From Candidatus Omnitrophota bacterium (lineage in GTDB: Bacteria > Omnitrophota > Omnitrophia > Omnitrophales > Aquincolibacteriaceae), in the NCBI GenBank assembly GCA_049324575.1, contig JBMONI010000004.1, positions 43,960-107,959 of the forward strand: a stretch of DNA of 64,000 nucleotides, read 5' to 3'. Shown here piece by piece: positions 45,854-55,285 of this stretch. Position numbers and translations under genes: made by a program. Under the pieces are notes generated by a model. It was not told where the DNA came from. It made no database searches and saw only the letters and a list, made by a program, of their open reading frames with translations. Within the stretch, counting starts at the first letter, position 1, and each line of letters begins with the position of its first letter.

Positions 45854-46369
45854 CTAGGCCGCTTGTTTTCCCGCCTTGGCCGAATGCGTTGAATTGTGAT
45901 TGAGATGGAATGAAAATTTCAAAAGTTCAAGGGAGCCCAGCGGCACTTTCGCCCGCTGAACGAAACCGCGTTTTTGGCAGATCTCGATCGCGCGGTGCAT
46001 CGCCGAGGTCGTCTTAAAGATCAGCTCGGAATAACCGACCTCCTGGCAAAAATGGATCGCGCGGTCCATGAGCTGCATACCGATCTTGCGTTTCCGGTAC
46101 TCCCGGTCCACGAAAAGCCGGCGCATGAGCGCTACGCGGTCGTCCTCTTTTTTGATCCCGACCGTGCCGATGATCCTCTTGCCGTCGACGGCGACAAAGA
46201 ACGCTTCGCCGAGCGCCCCGTAACTCGCGGGCAGACGCTGGAGATCCTCGGTCGGATATGCCGACGAAGAATCACCGAACTCCTCCTGCATGATCTTCGC
46301 CACGAGCTTCTGGATGGAAGGCTCTTCCCCCGCTTGATATCGACGGATCGTGATGGCCGACTGGTTCAT
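45854..46369 (-). CDS. GNAT-family N-acetyltransferase
   Basis: Start MNQSAITIRRYQAGEEPSIQKLVAKIM (ATG 46369-46367), followed by ...AFFVAVDGKRIIGTVGIK...RRLFVDREYRKRKIGMQLMDRAIHFCQEVGYSEL. The track's N-terminal extension to 46594 is poly-Arg and overlaps the upstream gene. Confidence 0.75.
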   Translation of the reverse strand: MNQSAITIRRYQAGEEPSIQKLVAKIMQEEFGDSSSAYPTEDLQRLPASYGALGEAFFVAVDGKRIIGTVGIKKEDDRVALMRRLFVDREYRKRKIGMQLMDRAIHFCQEVGYSELIFKTTSAMHRAIEICQKRGFVQRAKVPLGSLELLKFSFHLNHNSTHSAKAGKQAA

Positions 46370-46382
46370 GGGATCGGGGGTC

Positions 46383-46697
46383 CTATTTTTTGGGCTGCGC
46401 CGCTGCGCCCGCCGCCGGTTTCGCGCCCTTGGCCGGCGCCGCCGGAGCGGCTCCCGCGGCCGGTTTCGCCTCGGCCCCTGCCGCGGCGGCCGTTTCTTTC
46501 GGCTCTTTGGTCGCTTTGACTTTGATCTTCTGGCTCTTGACCTTCGGCATATTGTAGATCGAAGCACCCGCTTTCCAGCGTTTTTCTTTCTCAAGGCGGT
46601 GGAGCCGCTCGAGTTTTTTCAAAACATTACGGTGCTTCACACCGACGCTTTCGACTCTCAAACTGCGATGCTGTGACATAGTCCTGAACTCCTTCAA
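46383..46697 (-). CDS. Small basic protein with an Ala/Lys/Pro-rich (histone H1-like) C-terminal tail; hypothetical
   Basis: MKEFRTMSQHRSLRVESVGVKHRNVLKKLERLHRLEKEKRWKAG...AAGAEAKPAAGAAPAAPAKGAKPAAGAAAQPKK. No family recognised. Possibly nucleoid- or ribosome-associated. Confidence 0.45.
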   Translation of the reverse strand: MKEFRTMSQHRSLRVESVGVKHRNVLKKLERLHRLEKEKRWKAGASIYNMPKVKSQKIKVKATKEPKETAAAAGAEAKPAAGAAPAAPAKGAKPAAGAAAQPKK

Positions 46698-46876
46698 AAC
46701 TTTGATGAACCAACATCGAACCCCGGAGGTTCGGGATGGCCGGCACTTGAGGAATCATTCCTTAAGTCCTAAAACGCGGTTATTATACTCATTCCCGGGC
46801 GATTTGCCATCAGGATTCTTCGGTTTTTGAACTTTTTCGAGACCGCGGACGCCGACCTTCCGGAAGAAGTCCCGGC

Positions 46877-48748
46877 TCAACCGAAAATTTTGTTGTCGAG
46901 CGCCTTCAGGAGGGCAAAAACGCAGTGCTGGGTATAATCGATCCGCTGTTCGTTGTTCACTAGCGACTGGCGGAACCCCCCGATCGCTTTCTCCGGCTCG
47001 TCGAGGTAGAAGGCATTTTCCTCCGTATATTGCGTCGCCAAAGCAAACCGCAGAGCGCCCCGGAGCGAAGCACGGTACTTTTCGGCCTTCTCCTTGTCCC
47101 CGCGCAGGACAGCCAGCGCATAGGCATCGTTGATGCCTTCGGCGTAGGAAGCCGTGGAATTCGAAGGGTTTTTCTTGAACCCCCCGAGGAGGTCTTTGTA
47201 GGGACTTTCCAGGGGCTGGTGGGTGTCGATCAGCCAATCGTTCATTTCATAGATGAATGCCGCCAGCTCAGGATCGGGCTGGTCCCGGTAAAGGAGGAAA
47301 TAGGCCTGGGTCTGCCAGGGCACAAAAGCCGTGTTCTTGTTCCCCCGCCAGTAATCTCGGTAATAGGAAAAAGCACGCTGGACCGCGTCGCGATAGCGGG
47401 TATCTTTCGTTTCCTGATAGAGGCGCATGAGGGCAAGCATGGCCTCGCCGGGATAGTAATCGGTGCCGGTGTTCTTGTCCGAAAGGAAATAAGTCCGCAG
47501 CGAGCCGTCTTCCTGCTGTTGGCCCAAGATCCCTTCCGCCAAACGCCGGAGGAGTTCCTCCCGGTCCGGATAATCCGGCTGGTGGATCAAGGCCAGGACC
47601 GCGAAAGCGCTATAGGCCAGAGACGATTCGCCCTCAAGCTCGATGAAAGAGGTCTGCTGCTCTTCTTTCATAAAGCTCAGATAATGCCGAAGCCCCGCCG
47701 CGGAATGTTCTTTCAGGCGAGGATCTCCGAGAAAATCCCCCAGGGCCGCCATCGCCCACAACGCCGCCGTCTGGCGGACCTGATTGTTCTTGCCGGAATA
47801 GGCGTTCTTGCTCGGCAGGTACATGTATTCCAGAAGACCGGTCTCCGGATTCATCTGCCGCAGGAACCAGTCGCCCGCCAGGCGGATGCTCCGGCGGATG
47901 AGCGGCGGATCGATCGCCTCGACCGCAAGGAGCGGCTGATGCCGGTAAAGCTCGGTGATCTTCCCGCGGCGGTCGGCCAGGAAATTATCCGTCTCATAGC
48001 GGATGACTTCGGTCTCGGGATCGAGATAACAAGCCTCCGGCAAGCCGGCCTTTTGACAAAGTTGCCGGAGCGTTTTCTTGACCGTATAGTTCTTTTTGAT
48101 CGCGACCGACGGAATGTAAAAAGCGCGCTTATCCCCGGATTCAACCTTCAGTCCATGAATCCCCCGCTCGATCTCCGGTTCCAGCTTTTTTTCACGCCCC
48201 ACTGCTTGCGCGGTCCGGATCACGCTGCTCTGGTTTTGGACCGCTTCTTTGATTTGCTTGCGGTCCGCCCTCCCTTGTAAAGAGACTTGCGCCGGCACTT
48301 CCTTGCGGAGCGGCGTAAAATCCTCCGGCACCAGTTCGCCTTCGGCACTGATCCGCGTCCCTTCTTTCAGAAAGCTAAAGAGAAGCTGGGCGCTCCCTAA
48401 CTCAGCGGAAGTTAACGAAGCCCCGAAACGGTCATCTTTAAGACATTTATCGACGGCTTCCCGGATATCGGCGCCGAGACGGTCAGGCGCGTCCCGGTCC
48501 GCCGACCCGCTCTGGCAGCATCGCGTTTTTCCGTCTAAAAGGACTGAAATGTAGAGTTTGTCATAATCCTTCCCTCCCAGCGGACCCCGCGGCGCCGGCT
48601 CCGGGAGTGGGGATCCTTTCTCGGAGATCCGGTCCAACATCTCAAAAGCTTCTTTCACCAGAGCTTGACGCCACGGCTCTTGCGACGTTTCAGCGGCGCC
48701 TATCGCCCATCCGCCCCCCAGGAAAAGAAATACGATAGCGCCCCGCAT
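46877..48748 (-). CDS. Secreted/anchored two-domain protein: N-terminal AMMECR1-like domain plus C-terminal domain resembling an (alpha/alpha)6-barrel; paralog of the next gene
   Basis: Start MRGAIVFLFLGGGWAIGAAETSQ (signal-like). AMMECR1-like features: YISVLLDGKTRCCQSGSADRD...DDRFGASLTSAEL...IHGLKVESGDKRAFYIPSV. The C-terminal half (QVRQTAALWAMAALGDF..., DYYPGEAMLALMRLY..., FVPWQTQAYFLLYR) parallels 48795..50060. Confidence 0.55.
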   Translation of the reverse strand: MRGAIVFLFLGGGWAIGAAETSQEPWRQALVKEAFEMLDRISEKGSPLPEPAPRGPLGGKDYDKLYISVLLDGKTRCCQSGSADRDAPDRLGADIREAVDKCLKDDRFGASLTSAELGSAQLLFSFLKEGTRISAEGELVPEDFTPLRKEVPAQVSLQGRADRKQIKEAVQNQSSVIRTAQAVGREKKLEPEIERGIHGLKVESGDKRAFYIPSVAIKKNYTVKKTLRQLCQKAGLPEACYLDPETEVIRYETDNFLADRRGKITELYRHQPLLAVEAIDPPLIRRSIRLAGDWFLRQMNPETGLLEYMYLPSKNAYSGKNNQVRQTAALWAMAALGDFLGDPRLKEHSAAGLRHYLSFMKEEQQTSFIELEGESSLAYSAFAVLALIHQPDYPDREELLRRLAEGILGQQQEDGSLRTYFLSDKNTGTDYYPGEAMLALMRLYQETKDTRYRDAVQRAFSYYRDYWRGNKNTAFVPWQTQAYFLLYRDQPDPELAAFIYEMNDWLIDTHQPLESPYKDLLGGFKKNPSNSTASYAEGINDAYALAVLRGDKEKAEKYRASLRGALRFALATQYTEENAFYLDEPEKAIGGFRQSLVNNEQRIDYTQHCVFALLKALDNKIFG

Positions 48749-48794
48749 CCACGGAAAACCCCGGGGGCTTTTTGCGGTCCGGATGGGAAAAAAA

Positions 48795-50060
48795 CTATTT
48801 CTTTGCACGCCCTTTTCCTTTCGATCGTTTTTTGTCCGCTTTCTTTTCGGGACCGGCGCCGGCAAAATCCCCCTCCGGCGCGATCAGACCGTTCTCATAA
48901 GCGCCCAGGATCGCCATGACCGCATGCTGGACATGATCCACGCGGACTTCATCCGCAGTGGCCGTGGCTCGAAAACCTCCCGCCATCAACGGCGCGGTCC
49001 CGGCGCCTTGCGGGATCTGCAGCTGAAGAACGACCTCCAATCCTTCCCGAACGAAATTCGCATAACAGACCGTGCGTTTTTCATCGTTGAGTGCCCGGGC
49101 CACTTCATACGCCCGGTTGATCCCTTCCACCAGCGAGGCGGCGGAAATACTTCTGAAGTTATAATTTTCGCAAGTATCCCCTCGCCCGTATTTAGACGTC
49201 AAGTAATCCGCCATTTCAAAAATAAATTCGGCATAACGGGGGTCCGGATCGATCCGGTACAATTTGGCATAGGCCTGGAGCTGCCAGGGAATGAAGTCGG
49301 AACTCGGTTGCATGCGCCAAAAGCCCCGGTAATAGGGAAAGGCTTTCTCAACGATCCTCTGGTACGCTTCACGGCCATACGTTTTTCGCATCTGCGCCAG
49401 CGCAAGCAAGGCCTGGCCCGGATAAAAACTCTGCGTTCGATCCGTTTTCGCGCCTTCGAGTTCGCCGGCAAACGACAGCGCCTGCCCTTCCGCGGCCCGC
49501 GCTTCCCCGGGAGCGGGGAAAAAGGACCTCAATTTCCCATGTGAGCTCTGCAGCGTTTGGATCCCTCGCGCCAGACCCTGGGCGATATCGGCATAGCGAG
49601 CGGGATCGAGTTCAAGCATGGCAAGGATCAGAAAAGCGGAATACCCCAGCTTAAGCTGCCCGGGAGTCATATTCAGATAGTAATATTGCCCCGGATAATC
49701 GAAAGCCAAATGATCGGAGAAAAAGTCGAGGCCTTTCCGCGCAAGCCGGAGCAGGCGGTCATCCTGAAGATGCTGAGCAAGCGACGCGAGAGCCCAGGCC
49801 GCCGCCGTTTCTCTCAAACGCCCCCCGGCCAGTCCGCACGAGGTCTTTTTCGTCTGGTTCGCATAATTGATGAATTCCTCGTTTTCGTTATTGAGGAACC
49901 ACTCTCCGGCCGCCGTCAAAGCCGATTCGAAACGGCCGGGAGTAGCCCGACTCATTGTCTTCTCTGAGATCGAACCCGCGATTGTGATCGCTCCCCCCAT
50001 CACTACGGCAAGAGATATCCCCATGGCCCCGACGAGATGCTGGATGCGGGATCGCCTCAT
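48795..50060 (-). CDS. Secreted protein resembling an (alpha/alpha)6-barrel, with Lys-rich C-terminal tail; paralog of the C-terminal domain of 46877..48748
   Basis: N-terminal signal-like MRRSRIQHLVGAMGISLAVVMGGAITIAG. Motifs parallel the neighbour: RETAAAWALASLAQ, SFYPGQALLALAQMRKTY, FIPWQLQAYAKLYR. Tail ...KKADKKRSKGKGRAKK. Fold assignment is tentative. Confidence 0.5.
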   Translation of the reverse strand: MRRSRIQHLVGAMGISLAVVMGGAITIAGSISEKTMSRATPGRFESALTAAGEWFLNNENEEFINYANQTKKTSCGLAGGRLRETAAAWALASLAQHLQDDRLLRLARKGLDFFSDHLAFDYPGQYYYLNMTPGQLKLGYSAFLILAMLELDPARYADIAQGLARGIQTLQSSHGKLRSFFPAPGEARAAEGQALSFAGELEGAKTDRTQSFYPGQALLALAQMRKTYGREAYQRIVEKAFPYYRGFWRMQPSSDFIPWQLQAYAKLYRIDPDPRYAEFIFEMADYLTSKYGRGDTCENYNFRSISAASLVEGINRAYEVARALNDEKRTVCYANFVREGLEVVLQLQIPQGAGTAPLMAGGFRATATADEVRVDHVQHAVMAILGAYENGLIAPEGDFAGAGPEKKADKKRSKGKGRAKK

Positions 50061-50070
50061 TAATGAACCC

Positions 50071-51465
50071 CTATTTCGAATGTCTGAACCCCGGACTCAA
50101 TATCCCGAGGCATGCTCCCATCAAAGCACACAATAATAACGACATATTCACATGGTCAAGCATAAAACTAATCGACGCATGCCCCAGGATCATCAATACC
50201 GGAACAAAAAAACCCATGCCAAAAAGAAACTGGAATCGACTTGGCGTCCTTTGGAGCATAAGAACAGACTCGATGAAAAATACTAGAATAAAAAGAAAAT
50301 AGAACCAAGCGCCGAGACCCTCTTCCGCGAGAATGGTCAAATAATGGTTCATGGCTTTATAATCCGCCATGTAAACGTTTTGGGGAGAGGTTTTTTTGAA
50401 AGTCTTTCGGTACGGATAATATCCTTTGGTGCCGACACCCCACACGGGGTTTTCTTTGAACATTTCTACCGCATAGTTCGCCCCCCGAATATTATGCGCG
50501 AACGATTGCGGCTCTTCCATCTCATCTTGGAGAGTGCTGACCTCTTGCAACGTTGCCTTAAAATCAATGTTCGTTTTCAAAAATAAAAATAATAAACAGG
50601 CTATTAAAACGCATGGGATGAAGATCCGTCTCGATCGATATTTTAAAATACAGCCCCCTATGAATGTTATTACTCCCATGAGAAAAAAAATGATGGTCCC
50701 ACGTGAATTGAACGCCAAAATCGCAATAAATGAACTACCAATGGTTAGGGCGGGTATTAAAATCTGAATCAGATGGATCTGCCCTTTAATCGGCCGCATC
50801 TTTTTTTCATCATCGAATTGCATGAAGGAATAAATAAAATAACTTATGGAAAGGAAGAAACCAACAGCGAGGACCTCTCCAATCCAGTTCGCGTGGAATC
50901 GATTAGAAATAAGGTATTTTTCAACCGCAGGATGGAAATAAAGCCAATCGGAAGCAAAGGGATTAAGCCGAATGTCATATGCAGAAAGACTTCCCCTCGT
51001 TATTAGTGAAGGCAAAGATAATGAGCATAAGAATAGAACCATCCCTATCGAAACCGAAACGATACCCACAGCTCGCTTTCGAGAAGCAGAAAACACATAA
51101 GCAAGCGCCATGGTTCCTAGACAGAAAAACCAGACGATCGGCTGCTGCGTAAAATTCTCAACAAGAACGATTTTTACGTCTTTGTCTGGCCCATTACTTG
51201 TCGCTGAAAGGAAATAGGCAAATCCCAATCTTATGATTTGGTAAATGCAGAATACACAAAACATCCCAAAACATAATGGGATTCTACGAAGGCTTAAACG
51301 CACATCGCTATTGGCGAAAACAAGAAACAAAACGAGGGTGGAAAAAACCAGTAAACAGCGCAACTCCGCTAACGCAAAAGAATCGTAACCTTTCGAAAGA
51401 AACAATGCTCCGAGCAAGGCTGAGAAAAAAAAATACGGAATTTGTCTCAGATGGCTATTGACCAC
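50071..51465 (-). CDS. O-antigen ligase-like (Wzy_C family) polytopic membrane protein, cassette 3 partner; visibly lower GC than its neighbours
   Basis: 10-12 hydrophobic helices. Wzy_C signature NHYLTILAEEGLGAWFYFLFILVFF in the C-terminal part. GTG start at 51465. Paralogous to 55286..56746 and 59610..61031. Confidence 0.7.
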   Translation of the reverse strand: MVNSHLRQIPYFFFSALLGALFLSKGYDSFALAELRCLLVFSTLVLFLVFANSDVRLSLRRIPLCFGMFCVFCIYQIIRLGFAYFLSATSNGPDKDVKIVLVENFTQQPIVWFFCLGTMALAYVFSASRKRAVGIVSVSIGMVLFLCSLSLPSLITRGSLSAYDIRLNPFASDWLYFHPAVEKYLISNRFHANWIGEVLAVGFFLSISYFIYSFMQFDDEKKMRPIKGQIHLIQILIPALTIGSSFIAILAFNSRGTIIFFLMGVITFIGGCILKYRSRRIFIPCVLIACLLFLFLKTNIDFKATLQEVSTLQDEMEEPQSFAHNIRGANYAVEMFKENPVWGVGTKGYYPYRKTFKKTSPQNVYMADYKAMNHYLTILAEEGLGAWFYFLFILVFFIESVLMLQRTPSRFQFLFGMGFFVPVLMILGHASISFMLDHVNMSLLLCALMGACLGILSPGFRHSK

Positions 51466-51507
51466 AAAAAAATCGTTTTTCCAGACGCCAATTCTTTGCG
51501 GACCGAA

Positions 51508-54500
51508 TCATTCCTGATCGACCCATTCGCAGCAATCACACCGGACCATTTTCTTCCCTTTGGGATCGGTCGGATCCAGTTCTTTCGCAGTTCCATTTGC
51601 TTCGCATATCTCCTCAGGCGCCGGTTCGTCTGGATCCTGCGGATTCTGTTCATCCGGATCAGGGCGGGTATCTCCGACAGACGAGCAAACTTTATCGCTT
51701 GAAATCCCACAAAGCTGAACCCCCTCGCCTTGGCAACATTTGTCTTGAGATTCATCATCCCCATCATCGGCGTCATCCCCCGGATCGGTGTCATCCCCAT
51801 CTTCATCGCATTTACACCCGCCGACCCCTTGGCATCCGCACATGGTTCCTTCTTCCATCGCCTTCGCAAGCTGTTGAGCCATCTGTTTATGAAGGTTTTC
51901 AACCGAATCATTGGGATCTGCATCTTGCCCTTCCATATGACACGGCGTTGTTACACATCTTTCCGGTTTCGCAGGTTCTTGTTTTATTTCTCCACCCTCA
52001 CCCTGGACCTTGCACATGCTCATCCCCGGACACGAGCAGTCTTCTCCCGGCGTATTGCAATTTTCGTCGCCCGGCTTACACCAGAATGCGCAGGGATTTT
52101 CGATCCCCCAGGCCATACAACGCGCGGTTTGGCGGTCATAAAGATGTTTCGTGCGTTCCGAATCGCTCTTCGACACGCATTCGCCGGTCCAATCACTGCC
52201 CCAGCTGCTCGATGGAGGTATCGGATCTCCGCCTTCAAGACAGCCTTCACCGATGAAACTCACATGACAGTAATTCCCCGCGGGACATTCGCTGTCCGCC
52301 GTGCAATATCCTCCGCCGCTTCCCGCTTTTTCGCAAACCGAATTTTGGCAGACATACCCCGCGGCACAATCCGTATCTTTCGCGCAGGAGGTCGATAATG
52401 AACAGGCACAATAGCCGGTCGTCAGATTGCATTTCCCGGTCCCTCCAGCAGAGGCACAGTCCGAATCCGCTTTGCACAGCGCGGTATTCTTTCGGCAATT
52501 TCCCTGCACACAACATTCGCCCGATCCACATGGAGCAGAAGCCGAACAAGCGTTGCCGAGCGGCTGACAAATCGGTTCCACCGCAGGACAGGTCGTTCCC
52601 TGGCAAGTCGGCTGAAGACAATATTCCCCGGGCTTGCATCGAACACTGCCGCACTGCTCCCCCGTCGTGTTTTCCTGACAGATACCGCCGTAAGTGCTTT
52701 TGACGCAAATAAGATTGCAAGACGCTGAAGAACCCGTCGTCGGACAGCAATTGTTATGCGAAGTGCACGGGGTGATCCCCGCCTGCCCAAGACAGTAGCC
52801 GAACGTATCCGCAGAGGCTTGTCTCTGGCAACTATACCCAAACGAGCAGTTCATGTCGTCCATACACCGCCCGCCGGTGGTGTCAAAAACGCAAGAACCC
52901 AAGGCATCAGATGGTTTGATCTTTTGACATTTTTCGTAATTTTTGCAATCAGCGGCCGTCATGCAAGTCCCGACAGGCTTGCAATCTCCGAGCCCCGCGC
53001 TGCTCTGGAAGCACACATTTCCCGCCATACAATGCGCCGTTTCACGGCATTTTCCCGAAGGAATATTTTCGCAAAGTCCGTAGTCGTCGGAAGGCGCCGT
53101 ACGTTTGCAATACCCATTTTCACCGCAAAGAGAATCATCCTGGCAGGCATTGGCCTTGTTTTGGCATACTCCAGCAGCCCCTTCGGCACCCGCCTGGATA
53201 CAGGATTCATAGGATCGGCACCAGCTGTCATCTTCGCAAGTCCCCGGCACACGGCAGCGGCCGACATTCTCCCGGCCGCTCTTGATGAAACATTCCTCGC
53301 CGGCCGAACAGTCCCCTGGAGTCTCGCATTGTCCCTCGGCCATCGGCGTGCAAAGCCCGAGATCCTTATCGATATCTTCATGGGCCAGGTATTGGCAATA
53401 TTCCCCGTCTTGACACGGGTCCGAAAACTGACAGGCGTTCGCGTTCGCGGAACTCACCTTACAGACCCCGAAACGCTCGTTCGAAGAACTCCGGACGCAT
53501 TCCCGTCCGCTTGGACAATCCGCATTGGTACCGCACTGGCCGGGCGCCGGCGTTCCGCAACGGCCGTAATCATCGGCAGCGCTGACCTTCATACAAACCG
53601 TCCCGGCCCCGCCGCAATCCGAATCGGAGCCGCAGCGCGCAGGATCCGTAATGCATCGCCCGTATTGATCGGCATTGCGGAATTTTTGACAGAGCTCACC
53701 ATTCGCGCAACCGTCCGCGCCCTGGATATCGTAGCGGCAGGATCGTTCCGGATCGATCGAGCACTGCTGAGCAATGCAAACCATGCTTTCGCCGCAGTCG
53801 GCGTTCTCCTGACACTCGACATTCACGCACCGCGCGTCATAGCAAAACTGGTTCGCTCCGCATTCGCTGTCGGAGCCGCAACGGTCATAACACCGTCCGT
53901 CATAGCAGGCCCGCGGCGCGTCCGAGGGGCAATCCGTCGTGTAGGTTCCATCCCCGAGGTCGGTTTCTTGACAAGGTTCGCTGCAACCCCAATCGTCCGA
54001 GCACTCCGTCCCAGGCCCACCGCAAATGCTGTCGATCTTGCAATAGCAAGTATGCGTGGATGAGTTACACGCATGACCGGCCGCCGCACAATCCGAATCG
54101 AACGAACAGCGGTTTGAACGGTCCCCGACCACACAAGCCCCCCCCGGCTCCGAAGGCGAAGACCTGAGGCAAAATTGATCGCTCGGACAATCCGTATGCG
54201 CCGCGCATTCGCGGTCCGCGCAGCGCCCGTAGGGATCGCCCGGGCTGTCCTGTTTGCAGATCTTGGTCGGACTGTTGCAGTCCGTATCCGCCGTGCAATC
54301 GCCGGAAGACTTCCCGCGACAGATCCCGTATGCCCCCCCGCTCTTGTTCTCGCAAATATCCCCCGGCTTGCAGTCCCCGTCCGTTTGACATTCGCACCGC
54401 CCGGCCTCGACCGTGCCGCCGCTCACCGGCCCATCGGAACAGACGGAATAATCCTTGCCGGGCTTCACGCGGCAAACTTGACAGCCGGCACAATCGGTAT

Positions 54501-55134
54501 TGGTTTGGCAGGTCTTGGAAGGATCCAGCTGGCATTTGCCCGTGCTCAGTTCACAGACTTCTTCCGGTTCGCATTCGCTGTCCGCGCGACATCCGTCGAT
54601 ACAACCGCCCTGAGGCGCTCCCGAGGTCGTCCTTTTACAGAACTTTCCGGCGGGACAGTCTTCGCTGCTTTGACAGCCCGAAAAACATTTTCCGTATTCG
54701 TCACCGACCGATTCCTTGAGACAATGCTGGCCTGACTCGCAATCTCCATGGGTCTCGCATTCACCGCTCGATTTTCCGCGGCACAAGCCGTAAGGATCCG
54801 CCGAATTGGCCTTAAAACAGCTGTCCCCTGATCTGCAGTGCTCATCTTCTTGGCATTCGCATCGCCCTTCGGGAACATCCGCGCCGCTCACCGGGCCATC
54901 TACACATTTTTTAGGACTTGCGGCCAAATCACATACCTGACAACCAGAACAATCATCTGAACGAGTGCATTGATCTCGATCTTCAGTAATGCATATCTTA
55001 AGACTGCCGGTCTGTTTGCAATATTGGCCTGAGGGGCAATCGGAATCGACGGCACAAAAGAGAGCGAACGCGGTGACGGGAAAGGATAAAAAGACAGTAG
55101 CGACAAGAACGAACTGTATTAACCGCTTATACAA
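51508..55134 (-). CDS. Secreted cysteine-rich repeat protein (1,208 aa) with acidic Asp/Glu/Pro-rich C-terminal region
   Basis: Signal peptide MYKRLIQFVLVATVFLSFPVTAFA (TTG start at 55134 with AGGAGG 8 nt upstream). It contains dozens of ~35-aa units with pattern C-x3-4-(D/S)-x-(D/E)-C-x2-G-x2-C-x6-12-(Y/F)G-x-C, e.g. CETHGDCESGQHCLKESVGDEYGKC. The tail is DEDGDDTDPGDDADDGDDE...PDPDEQNPQDPDEP. Confidence 0.75.
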   Translation of the reverse strand: MYKRLIQFVLVATVFLSFPVTAFALFCAVDSDCPSGQYCKQTGSLKICITEDRDQCTRSDDCSGCQVCDLAASPKKCVDGPVSGADVPEGRCECQEDEHCRSGDSCFKANSADPYGLCRGKSSGECETHGDCESGQHCLKESVGDEYGKCFSGCQSSEDCPAGKFCKRTTSGAPQGGCIDGCRADSECEPEEVCELSTGKCQLDPSKTCQTNTDCAGCQVCRVKPGKDYSVCSDGPVSGGTVEAGRCECQTDGDCKPGDICENKSGGAYGICRGKSSGDCTADTDCNSPTKICKQDSPGDPYGRCADRECAAHTDCPSDQFCLRSSPSEPGGACVVGDRSNRCSFDSDCAAAGHACNSSTHTCYCKIDSICGGPGTECSDDWGCSEPCQETDLGDGTYTTDCPSDAPRACYDGRCYDRCGSDSECGANQFCYDARCVNVECQENADCGESMVCIAQQCSIDPERSCRYDIQGADGCANGELCQKFRNADQYGRCITDPARCGSDSDCGGAGTVCMKVSAADDYGRCGTPAPGQCGTNADCPSGRECVRSSSNERFGVCKVSSANANACQFSDPCQDGEYCQYLAHEDIDKDLGLCTPMAEGQCETPGDCSAGEECFIKSGRENVGRCRVPGTCEDDSWCRSYESCIQAGAEGAAGVCQNKANACQDDSLCGENGYCKRTAPSDDYGLCENIPSGKCRETAHCMAGNVCFQSSAGLGDCKPVGTCMTAADCKNYEKCQKIKPSDALGSCVFDTTGGRCMDDMNCSFGYSCQRQASADTFGYCLGQAGITPCTSHNNCCPTTGSSASCNLICVKSTYGGICQENTTGEQCGSVRCKPGEYCLQPTCQGTTCPAVEPICQPLGNACSASAPCGSGECCVQGNCRKNTALCKADSDCASAGGTGKCNLTTGYCACSLSTSCAKDTDCAAGYVCQNSVCEKAGSGGGYCTADSECPAGNYCHVSFIGEGCLEGGDPIPPSSSWGSDWTGECVSKSDSERTKHLYDRQTARCMAWGIENPCAFWCKPGDENCNTPGEDCSCPGMSMCKVQGEGGEIKQEPAKPERCVTTPCHMEGQDADPNDSVENLHKQMAQQLAKAMEEGTMCGCQGVGGCKCDEDGDDTDPGDDADDGDDESQDKCCQGEGVQLCGISSDKVCSSVGDTRPDPDEQNPQDPDEPAPEEICEANGTAKELDPTDPKGKKMVRCDCCEWVDQE

Positions 55135-55285
55135 CTTCGACCCCTCCTTCCGGCTATTGCGATACTTCTTACAAATCTTTATTATCTTTTGTTAATACAA
55201 CAATAGCCGACAAATTTTCAAAAAGCAAGGCCTACTTGCAGAATTTTTATATAGCAAATTCTAGCAATTTTAAACTGTCCGGTTT
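55135..55285 (-). promoter_or_regulatory. AT-rich intergenic region with a strong Shine-Dalgarno sequence; putative internal promoter for cassette 3
   Basis: 151-bp low-GC spacer between the ligase-like stop (55286) and the Cys-rich start (55134). GGAAGGAGGGG precedes the TTG start. Confidence 0.3.

Noticed and set aside
46370-46594. Poly-Arg N-terminal extension of the GNAT ORF
   Set aside because: RRSRARRSKSKRPKSRKKRPPRQGPRRNRPREPLRRRRPRARNRRRAQRR is the antisense image of the Ala/Lys/Pro tail of the upstream small protein, not real coding.
52756-54063. Plus-strand ORFs (e.g. 52756..54063, 56932..57891, 57296..57586 poly-Ser/Pro) antisense to the Cys-rich repeat genes
   Set aside because: These are antisense images of Cys, Asp and Gly codons (Ala/Arg/Thr/Ser-rich), with no signal peptides or motifs.
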